NCBI RefSeq assembly: GCF_006345805.1 | Contig: NC_043009.1 | Location: forward strand, 2,852,001 to 2,916,000 | Direction of reading: 5' to 3' | From: Octopus sinensis | Lineage: Eukaryota | Length of the DNA: 64,000 nt | In this document: positions 12,277 through 23,772 of the stretch, in pieces | Numbering within the stretch: the stretch's first letter is position 1 | How the letters are laid out: the number at the start of each line of letters is the position of its first letter | Program-made: the position numbers and the translations under genes | The notes under the pieces: generated by a model | What the model saw: only the letters and a program-made list of their open reading frames with translations | Told to the model about the DNA's origin: nothing | The model's database searches: none

Positions 12277-14470
12277 TACACACACACATATAAATTTAGA
12301 AATTACGCGATTGAGCTAACGATTCACCAATGCAATATCTTACAGAATAATTTAATTTCCTAAAACCCATTTACGATTCATGAAATTGCTCTCCGTGTAT
12401 GTTCTGGATTGATGAGTCTTTACCAGTAAATGATGTGGTAACTTGATCCCATCATGACCACTAGCAAATGGGCAGAATGGGCGCACACGCTAACGTACTA
12501 ACAGAATGAAAAGAAAAATTATAATATGATATTAGAAATATAAAACAGTATTTTAAAAAGAATGAAGGAAAAGAAGAAAAATAAAGAATGGGAATAAAAA
12601 GATATATCACAACACCAAATAGAAAAATAAAGATATGATTCAGTTTTAAGAGATAAAATTTTGTTTTGACGAAAGACAATGACGTATTCTTTTGCCATAG
12701 ATTGACATCACGCAGATGAAAGAAAATATAATTTAGGCAGTAAAACAAATGATTTACAGAGACCAATAGAATCCGGTAAATTTCCAAGTAGACAAAAACT
12801 TTAAAAAACAGGAACACATACATAGTCAAGTTAATTAAAGCAATGAGGTAGGCGTTGACGCTTCGTAAGCGCTACAATCGGATAAGGTGTTAGGAAACTG
12901 TCATTATGCTAGATATATGAGGAAATTATGTGCATTGCAGCAGAAAAACAGAATCAAAAAGGTCTAGTTAGCAAATTATTTATGTCGTTATAGCATTGGC
13001 TGCAATATCTCGCAGTTCAATTTTATTCTCAATCTCGGCTGTCTGAGTTCAAATCGTGCTGCAGTTAACGATGCAATTATTCAATCTTTTTTACATTAAT
13101 TTTTTTAAAATTTATATTCTTTTATATTTTTACATTTTTACATCAGAAGAAAATACCAATCCAGCGTAGGGTGCCTTTCCAAAACTATAAGAGCTTAAAA
13201 GGGATGCCATATTTTAGCTGATGTCGTTTTCATTCAAACATCTTTGTGGATCGTTTGTATAGGGGCCGTAATCTACCGATCGATTTTACTATGTAGGGTG
13301 GCCTTTGGGTGCTATAAAAAAGGTTATTTCAGACATTTAAGTCAGATCCTCCGACTGAATGTCCCTCCCTACTTTTCTTTCACTAGACTTTGATGATATT
13401 GGAGGCAATGTAAAAGGTCATGGTCCCTGCTTTCTAATTTTACTAAACAGAGAAAATGGATATGATATTAACGCAAGTATGTTTCGAGAAACTTCGAACC
13501 ACAAAGCACTGTGCCACAAGCAAGGCCCTCAGAATAACATTATATTTATTACTAAACACATGTTTATTTAGTATCTAGTAGAGAAAGCATTTGCATTGGG
13601 TACCTTAGGAAAAATTATTCCTTGTAAAAATAATTATTTTCTCTATTCCTTTCAGGAATATATTACTTGTAAGAGGCCATAGGCATTCTGATAAAGGTTA
13701 TATCATTTAATGAATATATATATATTTAAAAAGGAAATTATCCACGAGTTTACATGTTTTTTCTTCCCGATAAAAATAGCAGTCGAAAATACTGCTACGT
13801 GTTTTTAGAGGAAAATAATCTTTGTTCATAAAGATTAAGGGATGGTCATCCCTAGAATACCTTTAATCATAGGTAGACAAAATCGGTGCTGAGATGTGGT
13901 AGTTAAACATAAAGAAGAACAACAAGAGAGAGGAACTTTTCAATATTATTTCTAACATCCTCAGGGTAACAAAACAAACGAACCTGAATTCTATACCAAG
14001 GTAAATGGATACTTTTCCAGAATCCCTCTATTTTTGCGTATTCACTCCTAAATTTAAAATTTCTCCGGCCAAGTTAACATATCAACATAGGCTTCGATTT
14101 TCGCTTCTCCCTCTCACAACATTCTCTCTTCTTTACTCTTTGCTGTTCTTCCTTATTCAGTCACTCCTGATAATTCATCATAACGTTGTTTATTTCCATC
14201 TTACTGTCATTCTTAGAGTTGATCTCACAAGAAATCAATTTTGGGGCGTATGGAGGGGTCTTTTACTTATCTTATCACCCTATCTGTCTTCCATTTAGTT
14301 CTTCCATTTTGTACTAAAGATTTTTTGCTCCCTTTTCCTCTCATCCCCCCATTTCTCTCCCATATTGCATGCACACACGCGCACACACATGCATATGCTC
14401 CTATATAATATACAAATTTGTATACGTGTATAGATATGTACATTTATGAAGGCAGGAATATACACACGTA

Positions 14471-14696
<226 letters not shown>

Positions 14697-15808
14697 GCGT
14701 TTGCACCTCCCACATATAATAGTAATACACACATTTATCTCTCTCTCTCTCTCCCCACATATATATATATATATATACCTACATACATACATATATGTAC
14801 ATACATATGTATACATACTTAATATATATAATATATATATATATACATTTGTGTGCGTGTGTATGTATGTGTGTATATACGTATATATTCATTTGTTAAC
14901 ACAAGTCCATGACACATTTGACATTCGATTTCAAATATCTTAATCCCAGATATTGTCCTTTTACGTTCTATGCTGAGAATCTCTCTCACTCTCCTCCCCT
15001 CCTTCTCTCCTTGTGTACATGAACCTACATTCTCCATACATTTACGCATTTTCTCATATTATATTCTTCGTTCAACTCTTATTTTCCTTTTATTTTTGCT
15101 CCCTCGTGTCATCTCTCCACTTCGATACCTTCCGTCATCCTTTCCTTCCTCTCTCTCTTCAAATCGACTGTTATTTACGAAATTTGCCATACAAATACAT
15201 AGATATTTTGGCAACTTTATTCTTTAACCGGAAACTAAATTCCATACAACTGCACGAAAATGAACCTTACATATCAGAAGTAGAAAAAAAAAACCTCAAC
15301 AAACAAAGACTAACTTTATCACAATACCATTAGTATCCCCGATAAAATGTATATTGTGAATTATTTAGATGAGTAGGCGAACATTTCGGATTTTCGTGAG
15401 AGAAGGACAGACCTTTTTTTTTCCAGGTACTCTTACTCCCCATCGTAATCTATAAAATATATTGAAATATGCTTTTAACTTCGTTATTTCTTATTTTTAT
15501 TTTACATGTCCCCATTTTTTGGTCGCTGTAGAAAATTCGATGTTTCTCTGTGAAGAAGGAACAGCTGTGTTCAAAATCTTGCAAAGTAATATGCATTTTC
15601 ACAACAATAGTTACCAATACGAAAGCGTAAAAAGAGAAATTTCCCGTTAAGTATTTACAGGACTACTGACGTAGATGTCTTTAATACTTATTTTATTTCC
15701 ATTTTATTAATCTTCTTTCCCGGGACGTGAGTTGGCGTCCTCGATTTAGATGGCATATTGTGTAAAGTTTATCTCTTGCATTCAACAATGCATTTTGGTA
15801 ACATTCGA

Positions 15809-15848
<40 letters not shown>

Positions 15849-15935
15849 ATCATACATATATACATATATATATATGCATATATGTTTATATATGTATGTA
15901 TGTATATATATGTGGGTTATATGCATATATGTATG

Positions 15936-15967
<32 letters not shown>

Positions 15968-16392
15968 CGTTTATATATATGTATATATGCACATGCACAT
16001 TACGTATGCACATATATATACATGTGTGTGTGCGTTTGTGTGTGTGGGTGTTTGTGTGTGTGTGTATGAATGTATGTATGCTTCTAGGCGTCCATTTATG
16101 TATGTTTTCGGTAAGAAATAATTGGATAAAGAGCGGGGAAGACACAAAGAAAGAATAGAAATATGAAAGTAGACGAAATGGAAATAAATAACGTGAGAGA
16201 AAGTAGGGAGATGTGAGAGGGGAAAAGAAGAAGAGTGTGATACGTATAAGTGGAGAGAGGGAGGGAGTTGGAGACTTAAAGGCAAAGGGTGAGAGAAGTG
16301 GAGAGAAATAATCTCAGAAAAAATAACATCGCATGTGACAGGAACTTAAAGAAAATGCACATGGATATTCATACATATATATATATACAGAC

Positions 16393-16393
16393 A

Positions 16394-16458
<65 letters not shown>

Positions 16459-16464
16459 GTCTAC

Positions 16465-16556
<92 letters not shown>
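16393..16556. repeat. (TCTA)n microsatellite
   Basis: Direct reading. Confidence 0.95.
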
Positions 16557-16672
16557 GTAGCTGTGTATTTTTCTACATCCATATGCGTGGCATATGCATA
16601 TAGAAATACATACATGCATGTATGTAGAGTGCGTACGTTATTTTTGCTTTAATTTTTTTCTCTTTTTCGCAG

Positions 16673-16737
16673 GATATTGAAAGACGAATGTTTGGAAATG
16701 CGAAAACGAATTGAAGAAAAAACATTATATACGAGAC
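16673..16737 (+). CDS. Candidate 65-nt internal exon of an unidentified host gene
   Basis: Strong acceptor tttttttctctttttcgcag and donor C|gtaaga. One frame reads ILKDECLEMRKRIEEKTLYTR (phase 2 in, phase 1 out). Confidence 0.45.
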
Positions 16738-17658
16738 GTAAGAATATAAAATGAAAGACGAGTGTGACAGAGAGGTTGAGAAAGATAGAGGCGTGAAAGA
16801 GAGAAAGAGAGAGAGAGAGAGAAAGAGAGAGAGATCTTGATAGAAATAAAGAAGGGGAACATTTTGCGTGAGTGAATGAACGAATGTATTTCGATTAAAG
16901 AAATTTCGGTATGGATTTGCTAAAAGATGAAAGAGAAATTTAGAGGGAGAAATTTAATAAAAATATATAGTTATTTTGAGAAAGGAAAGATAATCAATTT
17001 AGGCTACTATATAATGAAATTGTGTTGAGAGGGTTTCAAATATTTATGAAGTATACACATTTAAAGCATCAGATAGCAACTGACAAATGTAGTGAAGGTT
17101 TGCATTGAGATATGCGCGAAACGGAGAAATGAAATTCAAGAACACATTAGCAGATGATTTAATATATAATGCGTTGCGGTTCGCGGTTATTTTGAAATTT
17201 CTTATCATCATATATATGAGTAACTAATTTTTGCTCGGTCATTCAACGTTTAAATGTGAGAGGGATGGTTGTGGTCAATAGATAATCAGATGTGCATGAA
17301 ATTAACGGTTTTCAACAGGTTTGATTGTTCTTGTTTTTCATTTTGAAGTACATCTAATTCAGAAGTTTTACATGGTATGTAAACTTCGGTCATAAACCTG
17401 TGAATTCAGCCACCACCTCAGCCAACCATCGGATAGTAATGTATTGTAAAGTGATTGTATGGTGATATCATATATATGATAACATAAAGAATTACATCTG
17501 TTCCGCTGTAAAGTTGTATTCACCTAGTGAGTCTTAACCTCTTTCTCTAGAAGCACGAAAACGCATGAACGCAACAGAGTAGTCTAAGAAATCCCTCAAC
17601 AATAGTACATTACAAATAAGAACATTCAACCATTGTAAATTCATTTCTTCTTTCACAG

Positions 17659-17714
17659 GGTACGAAATACAAAATTACCAATTGGAAGTACATACCCGAA
17701 CTACTCAGCATTAA
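17659..17714 (+). CDS. Candidate terminal coding exon
   Basis: Acceptor tcatttcttctttcacag. Phase-1 entry, compatible with the previous exon, gives (R)YEIQNYQLEVHTRTTQH* with TAA at 17712-17714. Confidence 0.35.
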
Positions 17715-17975
17715 AATCAAGGCTGCGTAACATATATGCTCAGTGACGGTTGAGAAAATGGAGACAGTATAATCAAATAGAAATATTTCTGAAAGCTTAC
17801 AGCGAGCAAAGATAAACTATTCCCCGCATTTCTGTTTTATGAAAGCATTCGTGAATGTTTAAGGTTAATTTCTTTTCGCAAAATTTCAGTTTTTCCTTGG
17901 CATCGGAGACAAGGAGCACAAATCTATCATTAGATACGAGCTAGATTTAAAGAGGAGAGGATTGCATACTGAAAG

Positions 17976-18057
<82 letters not shown>

Positions 18058-18651
18058 AATAGATAGATAGAGAGAGAGAGAGATCTAGAAAGTTCCTAAA
18101 GCTGATAATATGCCTATATCTTAATATCTTCCGCGTATTTTGAAATACATTTATAGACGCATTTCACGGAATCGAACACAGAAATCATGCAGTGGTTATT
18201 GGATATTATATCAGTTTGCTTTCACCTGAAGCTCAAAAATTATTATCAAAACTTTAAGCATGTACACATCATATAACTATTATTATCACAGATTTTATGT
18301 AAGGAGACGCTGTTACAAAACGGTAATAACTGTAGAAATAAATGTAAATGGATACACAAAGTAGTTTGACCGTAAGACAAAACGGAATAAGTGGGAAGAT
18401 AACAAACAAACAATACTGGAATACCGTAGAGAATTCGAAACAAATTGTAATATAGCGTAATTCGTTTTCTATATTATTATTTAATATCCATGAAAAATTA
18501 TTTCTAATACTTCAAGTAATACAGTGTGTTTTATGATCTATCATTTTTACTTACACTGAGAGGGTTAAAATGATTAGAGAAAACGTGTATCAATTACAAT
18601 GGAAATATATTATATAAATTACGAACATTGTCCATACATGCACATCTATAA

Positions 18652-18688
<37 letters not shown>

Positions 18689-18740
18689 TATATCTACACA
18701 CAGACACATGCGTACATATATTTATATAATATATATATAT

Positions 18741-18786
<46 letters not shown>

Positions 18787-19847
18787 ATATATATAGGCCT
18801 ACCTATGCAAACTTATCTTTTCATATATAATATATATGTAATTCTGAAGCCGTAAGGAAAATAAGATTACAGAAGGAAGGAATATAAGAAATATATTTTG
18901 TTATATTATTTTGCAATTTATAACGCAAAAGATCCTGAAATTAAAGCACTCAAAAGGAATCATTTTATTGGTCATATTATTCTGAAAAACAGAACAACTA
19001 TTAAGTGTTTCTGTGGAGAACTAAGTGGATCTTCACTAAAATTTCAAATTATGATACTATTAACTCAATTAGGGACTTCGTATATTTGGAAACAGGCAAA
19101 ATATGCTATCACGAAAAACATCATACAAACAAGTCTCTATATACCTATACGTATATATACACATGTTTAAAATGTATATAAGGATGTGTAACTGTGTGTG
19201 AATGTGTGAGGTTGTTTACATTAATGCATATTGTATATATACACACATGCATACACGAAAGCTCACATATATATACGTATATATATATATATATTATATA
19301 TATATATATATATACGTACTTGTATAATACATACATATATATATATATATATGTATATATATACATATAGATAATTGTTATATTTTTCCATTTGTAATCC
19401 AACTATGTAAATATATATAATATACATACACACATACGCACACAAATACATATATCTACACACATACACACACATATATATGTTTAAATACATATATGTG
19501 TGTGTGCTTGTTCATGCGTGTGTGTGCTTGTTCATGTGTGTGTATGCGTATGTGTACGTGTATATGTGTTTGTTCGTGTATGTGTTATACTTACATCATT
19601 GGATAGTAGATGCAAAGAAAAAAGAACAAATGAGACTCTTTATCCCCCGAAATGTTTTCAACAATGATCGTAATTTCATTGGAATGAGTTTATGTTAAAT
19701 CACAGTTAAAGCTGCTCTTCGATGTTACAGATTATACGTTAGGCGTATTCTTATAATGACATCGGGGTACATAATCTCACTTGATGTTACATGCTCACAT
19801 ATTAACACGAAACACACACATATACATACAAATATATATATATATAC

Positions 19848-19931
19848 ATGCTTACATATTATATGTCCAGCTAAACTTATAAATGAAATATATTTATCCA
19901 CATTCTCAATTACAATCGTACAAGAAATAAA

Positions 19932-19934
<3 letters not shown>
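19848..19934 (+). repeat. Left arm of an ~87-bp inverted repeat (partner at 23282-23368)
   Basis: atgcttacatattatatgtccagctaaa(c)ttataaatgaaatatatttatccacattctcaattacaatcgtacaagaaataaa is near-identical to the reverse complement of 23282-23368. Confidence 0.9.
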
Positions 19935-19969
<35 letters not shown>

Positions 19970-20150
19970 AAAGGGCTTAGTAAAATAAATTACTTTGCCG
20001 CATACTGAACTCATTAGAAATAGCAGCTAAAAAAACTTTTTTAAAACTATTTCTAATACTTAAAGAAAACCTCTCTCATATAGTGTTTGCTAATTCAACT
20101 CACGCAAATATGGGGGTAGAGACATTAAAAAATCAAGTGCAAAGGTTATT

Positions 20151-20203
20151 TGAGAACGTACGTTTCAAGATTAGGCAAAGTCGACATTTCTATCATCAGC
20201 TCA
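20151..20203 (-). ncRNA. Minimal HHR-like motif of family D, copy U1
   Basis: TGAG-CTGATGA-[26 nt]-GAAAC-GTAC-GTT/CTCA. Helix III is palindromic (ACGTACGT); helix II is weak with U-U at its base. Confidence 0.5.
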
Positions 20204-22073
20204 GAACTCCCTGGTTTGGATTTGAAAACACTGAAAGTGGGAGCATACCCTTTCGGCTTCCTCTCGCTTCTGAAGATCTGCTCGTAACTAACAGTGCCAA
20301 CAAACTCAAAAATGCAAGCGAAGAATTTCTGCTCTCCCCTTTCCACCAGCGTGGGTTAAAATCAGTAAACACTATGCTTTTTTCGGTAAAATCCGCGGCA
20401 TTATATAGAGAGAGATGAATTATAATTTCAACAATTGAAGGTAAAATTAATTAATTAATCAATTTCACCAAGTATTCAGTATGCAAAGGGACCATTTAAG
20501 GCGAATTCAAATTATTACATTATATAAAAGGGCTTAGTAAAATAATTACTTTGCCGCATACTGAACTCATTAGAAATAGCAGCTAAAAAAAACTTTTTTA
20601 AAACTATTTCTAATACTTAAAGAAAACCTCTCTCATATAGTGTTTGCTCAATTCAACTCACGCAAATATAGGGGTAGAGACATTAAAAAATCAAGTGCAA
20701 AGGTTATTTGAGAACGTACGTTTCAAGATTATTCAAGGTCGACATTTCTATCACCAGCTCAGAACTCCCTGGTTTGGATTTGAAAACACTGAAAGTGGGA
20801 GCATACCCTTTCGGCTTCCTCTCGCTTCTGAAGATCTGCTCGTAACTAACAGTTCCAACAAACTCAAAAATGCAAGCGAAGAATTTCTGCTCTCCCCTTT
20901 CCACCAGCGTGGGTTAAAATCAGTAAACACTATGCTTTTTTCGGTAAAATCCGCGGCATTATATATAGAGAGATGAATTATAATTTCAACAATTGAGGGT
21001 AAAATTAATTAATTAATCAATTTCACCAAGTATTCAGTATGCAAAGGGACCATTTAAGGCGAATTCAAATTATTACATTATATAAAAGGGCTTAGTAAAA
21101 TAAATTACTTTGCCGCATACTGAACTCATTAGAAATAGCAGCTAAAAAAACTTTTTTAAAACTATTTCTAATACTTAAAGAAAACCTCTCTCATATAGTG
21201 TTTGCTCAATTCAACTCACGCAAATATGGGGGTAGAGACATTAAAAAATCAAGTGCAAAGGTTATTTGAGAACGTACGTTTCAAGATTAGTCAAAGTCGA
21301 CATTTCTATCACCAGCTCAGAACTCCCTGGTTTGGATTTGAAAACACTGAAAGTGGGAGCATACCCTTTCGGCTTCCTCTTGCTTCTGAAGATCTGCTCG
21401 TAACTAACAATGCCAACAAACTCAAAAAATGCAAGCGAAGAATTTCTGCTCTCCCCTTTCCACCAGCGTGGGTTAAAATCAGTAAACACTTTCAGTGTTT
21501 TCAAATCCAAACCAGGGAGTTCTGAGCTGTGATAGAAATGTCGACTTTGACTAATCTTGAAACGTACGTTCTCAAATAACCTTTGCACTTGATTTTTTAA
21601 TGTCTCTACCCCCATATTTGCGTGAGTTGAATTGAGCAAACACTATAGAGAGGTTTTCTTTAAGTATTAGAATAGTTTTAAAAAAGTTTTTTTAGCTGCT
21701 ATTTCTAATGAGTTCAGTATGCGGCAAAGTAATTTATTTTACTAAGCCCTTTTATATAATGTAATAATTTGAATTCGCCTTAAATGGTCCCTTTGCATAC
21801 TGAATACTTGGTGAATTGATTAATTAATTAATTTTACCCTCAATTGTTGAAATTATAATTCATCTCTCTATATATAATGCCGCGGATTTTACCGAAAAAA
21901 GCATAGTGTTTACTGATTTTAACCCACGCTGGTGGAAAGGGGAGAGCAGAAATTCTTCGCTTGTATTTTTGAGTTTGTGGCACTGTTAGTTACGAGCAGA
22001 TCTTCAGAAGCGAGAGGAAGCCGAAAGGGTATGCTCCCACTTTCAGTGTTTTCAAATCCAAACCAGGGAGTTC

Positions 22074-22126
22074 TGAGCTGATGATAGAAATGTCGACTTT
22101 GACTAATCTTGAAACGTACGTTCTCA
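22074..22126 (+). ncRNA. Minimal HHR-like motif of family D, copy V2
   Basis: TGAG-CTGATGA-TAGAAATGTCGACTTTGACTAATCTT-GAAAC-GTAC-GTT/CTCA; predicted cleavage after 22122. Confidence 0.5.
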
Positions 22127-22404
22127 AATAACCTTTGCACTTGATTTTTTAATGTCTCTACCCCCATATTTGCGTGAGTTGAATTGAGCAAACACTATAT
22201 GAGAGAGGTTTTCTTTAAGTATTAGAAATAGTTTTAAAAGTTTTTTTTAGCTGCTATTTCTAATGAGTTCAGTATGTGGCAAAGTAATTTATTTTACTAA
22301 GCCCTTTTATATAATGTAATAATTTGAATTCGCCTTAAATGGTCCCTTTGCATACTGAATACTTGGTGAAATTGATTAATTAATTAATTTTACCCTCAAT
22401 TGTT

Positions 22405-22462
<58 letters not shown>

Positions 22463-22493
22463 CGCGAGAAAGAAGCAACAAGAATGGATAGGT

Positions 22494-22584
22494 TTTTAGT
22501 ACGATCGTTTCATACAAGGACAGGTTTTATTAAAAGTTGCAAAGATTACAGCATATAAACGAGTCCCGTACTCATCAGCTAAAA
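22494..22584 (-). ncRNA. Type I minimal hammerhead ribozyme with long helix II (mirror copy)
   Basis: Reverse complement of 23020-23110. Confidence 0.7.
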
Positions 22585-23019
22585 TACATGTAAGTTCTCT
22601 AGACATCCTAGTGTTTGAGGCTATACTCATGAAGTAATGTAGATAATTAAACAGATTTCTAAAGTTCATTAAAGTTCTTTAAAGATGATGTACAGTCTTA
22701 TCACAGAATTTTAAAAAAGTTTTGATAGCATCACAGAGAAGGTGACCTAATCCATATGAATTTCCATAGATATGATGAGGGATTATATACTGTGAGTATA
22801 CTGTCTTCTGTGAGTATATAATCCCTCATCATATCTATGGAAATTCATATGGATTAGGTCACCTTCTCTGTGATGCTATCAAAACTTTTTTAAAATTCTG
22901 TGATAAGACTGTACATCATCTTTAAAGAACTTTAATGAACTTTAGAAATCTGTTTAATTATCTACATTACTTCATGAGTATAGCCTCAAACACTAGGATG
23001 TCTAGAGAACTTACATGTA

Positions 23020-23110
23020 TTTTAGCTGATGAGTACGGGACTCGTTTATATGCTGTAATCTTTGCAACTTTTAATAAAACCTGTCCTTGTATGAAACGAT
23101 CGTACTAAAA
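23020..23110 (+). ncRNA. Type I minimal hammerhead ribozyme with long (60-nt) helix II
   Basis: TTTTAG-CTGATGA-GTACGGGAC...GTCCTTGTAT-GAAAC-GATC-GTA/CTAAAA: 6-bp helix I, intact core, palindromic helix III ACGATCGT, GUA triplet. Predicted cleavage after 23104. Confidence 0.72.
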
Positions 23111-23281
23111 ACCTATCCATTCTTGTTGCTTCTTTCTCGCTTATAATCACCCCACATTACTGTATTGTTAAATCAGTATAGTTTTTTTTTGGTGCATCTA
23201 AGTTAGGTACCATATTCAAGTAAATTTTTTAAAATTAACTTGAATCTTTATTGCTCTTTGTATATATATATATATATATAT

Positions 23282-23368
23282 AAAGTTTATTTCTTGTACG
23301 ATTGTAATTGAGAATGTGGATAAATATATTTCATTTATAATTTAGCTGGACATATAATATGTAAGCAT
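23282..23368 (-). repeat. Right arm of the ~87-bp inverted repeat (partner at 19848-19934)
   Basis: See 19848-19934. Confidence 0.9.
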
Positions 23369-23387
23369 TTAAAGTGTTATTCTGATA

Positions 23388-23772
23388 TTCGTTTCAGTTA
23401 TTTAATCGGGACCATGCTGGAGCACCGCCTTGAAATATTTTAGTCAAAGAAATCGACACCAGGACGTAAGGTCTTAAGTCTTGTGCTTATTCTGTAGCTT
23501 TCGTTTGTAGAACCGTTATGTTACGAGTTACGTCGTCGTAAACGCACTAACACCGGTTCTCAAGCGGTGGTGGAGGGACAAATCATATAAAAAAGACAGA
23601 CAGACAGATAAACATACACACACACATATGCATATACAGCAGTCTTCTGTCAATTTCCGTCTACAAGATCCACTCAGAAGGCTTTGCTGGCTTTGAGGCT
23701 ATAGCAAAATACATCTTTTAAAATTTCCATGCAGTCAGACTGGACCCGGAACTATGTGGTTGGGAAACAAGC
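23388..23772 (-). mobile_element. SINE family S2, decayed near-full copy
   Basis: accatgctggagcaccgcc tail and ggacccggaactatgtggttgg head on the minus strand. Confidence 0.8.

Larger units (their letters stand above)
19963..22409. mobile_element. Tandem array of a ~557-bp unit (family D): U1 19963-20519, U2 20520-21077, partial U3 21078-21490, then inverted V1 21487-21759, V2 21760-22314, partial V3 22315-22409
   Basis: Period 557-558 bp measured on aaagggcttag. Orientation switches at 21487-21490 through the 4-nt microhomology cact. (TA)n on both flanks; units differ by a few percent. Confidence 0.93.
22464..23140. repeat. 677-bp palindrome (family C): arms 22464-22791 and 22813-23140 (328 bp each), 21-nt spacer
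   Basis: The arms read as exact reverse complements by eye. Spacer gtgagtatactgtcttctgtg. Confidence 0.95.

Noticed and set aside
13658-13698. Possible extra exon (NILLVRGHRHSDK)
   Set aside because: The entry phase fits the 8589 exon, but the donor is ambiguous and neither exit phase fits the 16673 exon.
20083-20418. ~110-aa ORF repeated in each family D unit, plus a 66-aa antisense ORF
   Set aside because: Recurrence only reflects recent duplication. It uses non-ATG starts, is frameshifted in U3, lies antisense to the HHR strand and resembles no protein I know. Homology searches could reopen it.
19963-22409. CRISPR-like or prokaryotic array interpretation
   Set aside because: Long near-identical units without unique spacers, no cas genes, and a clearly eukaryotic context.
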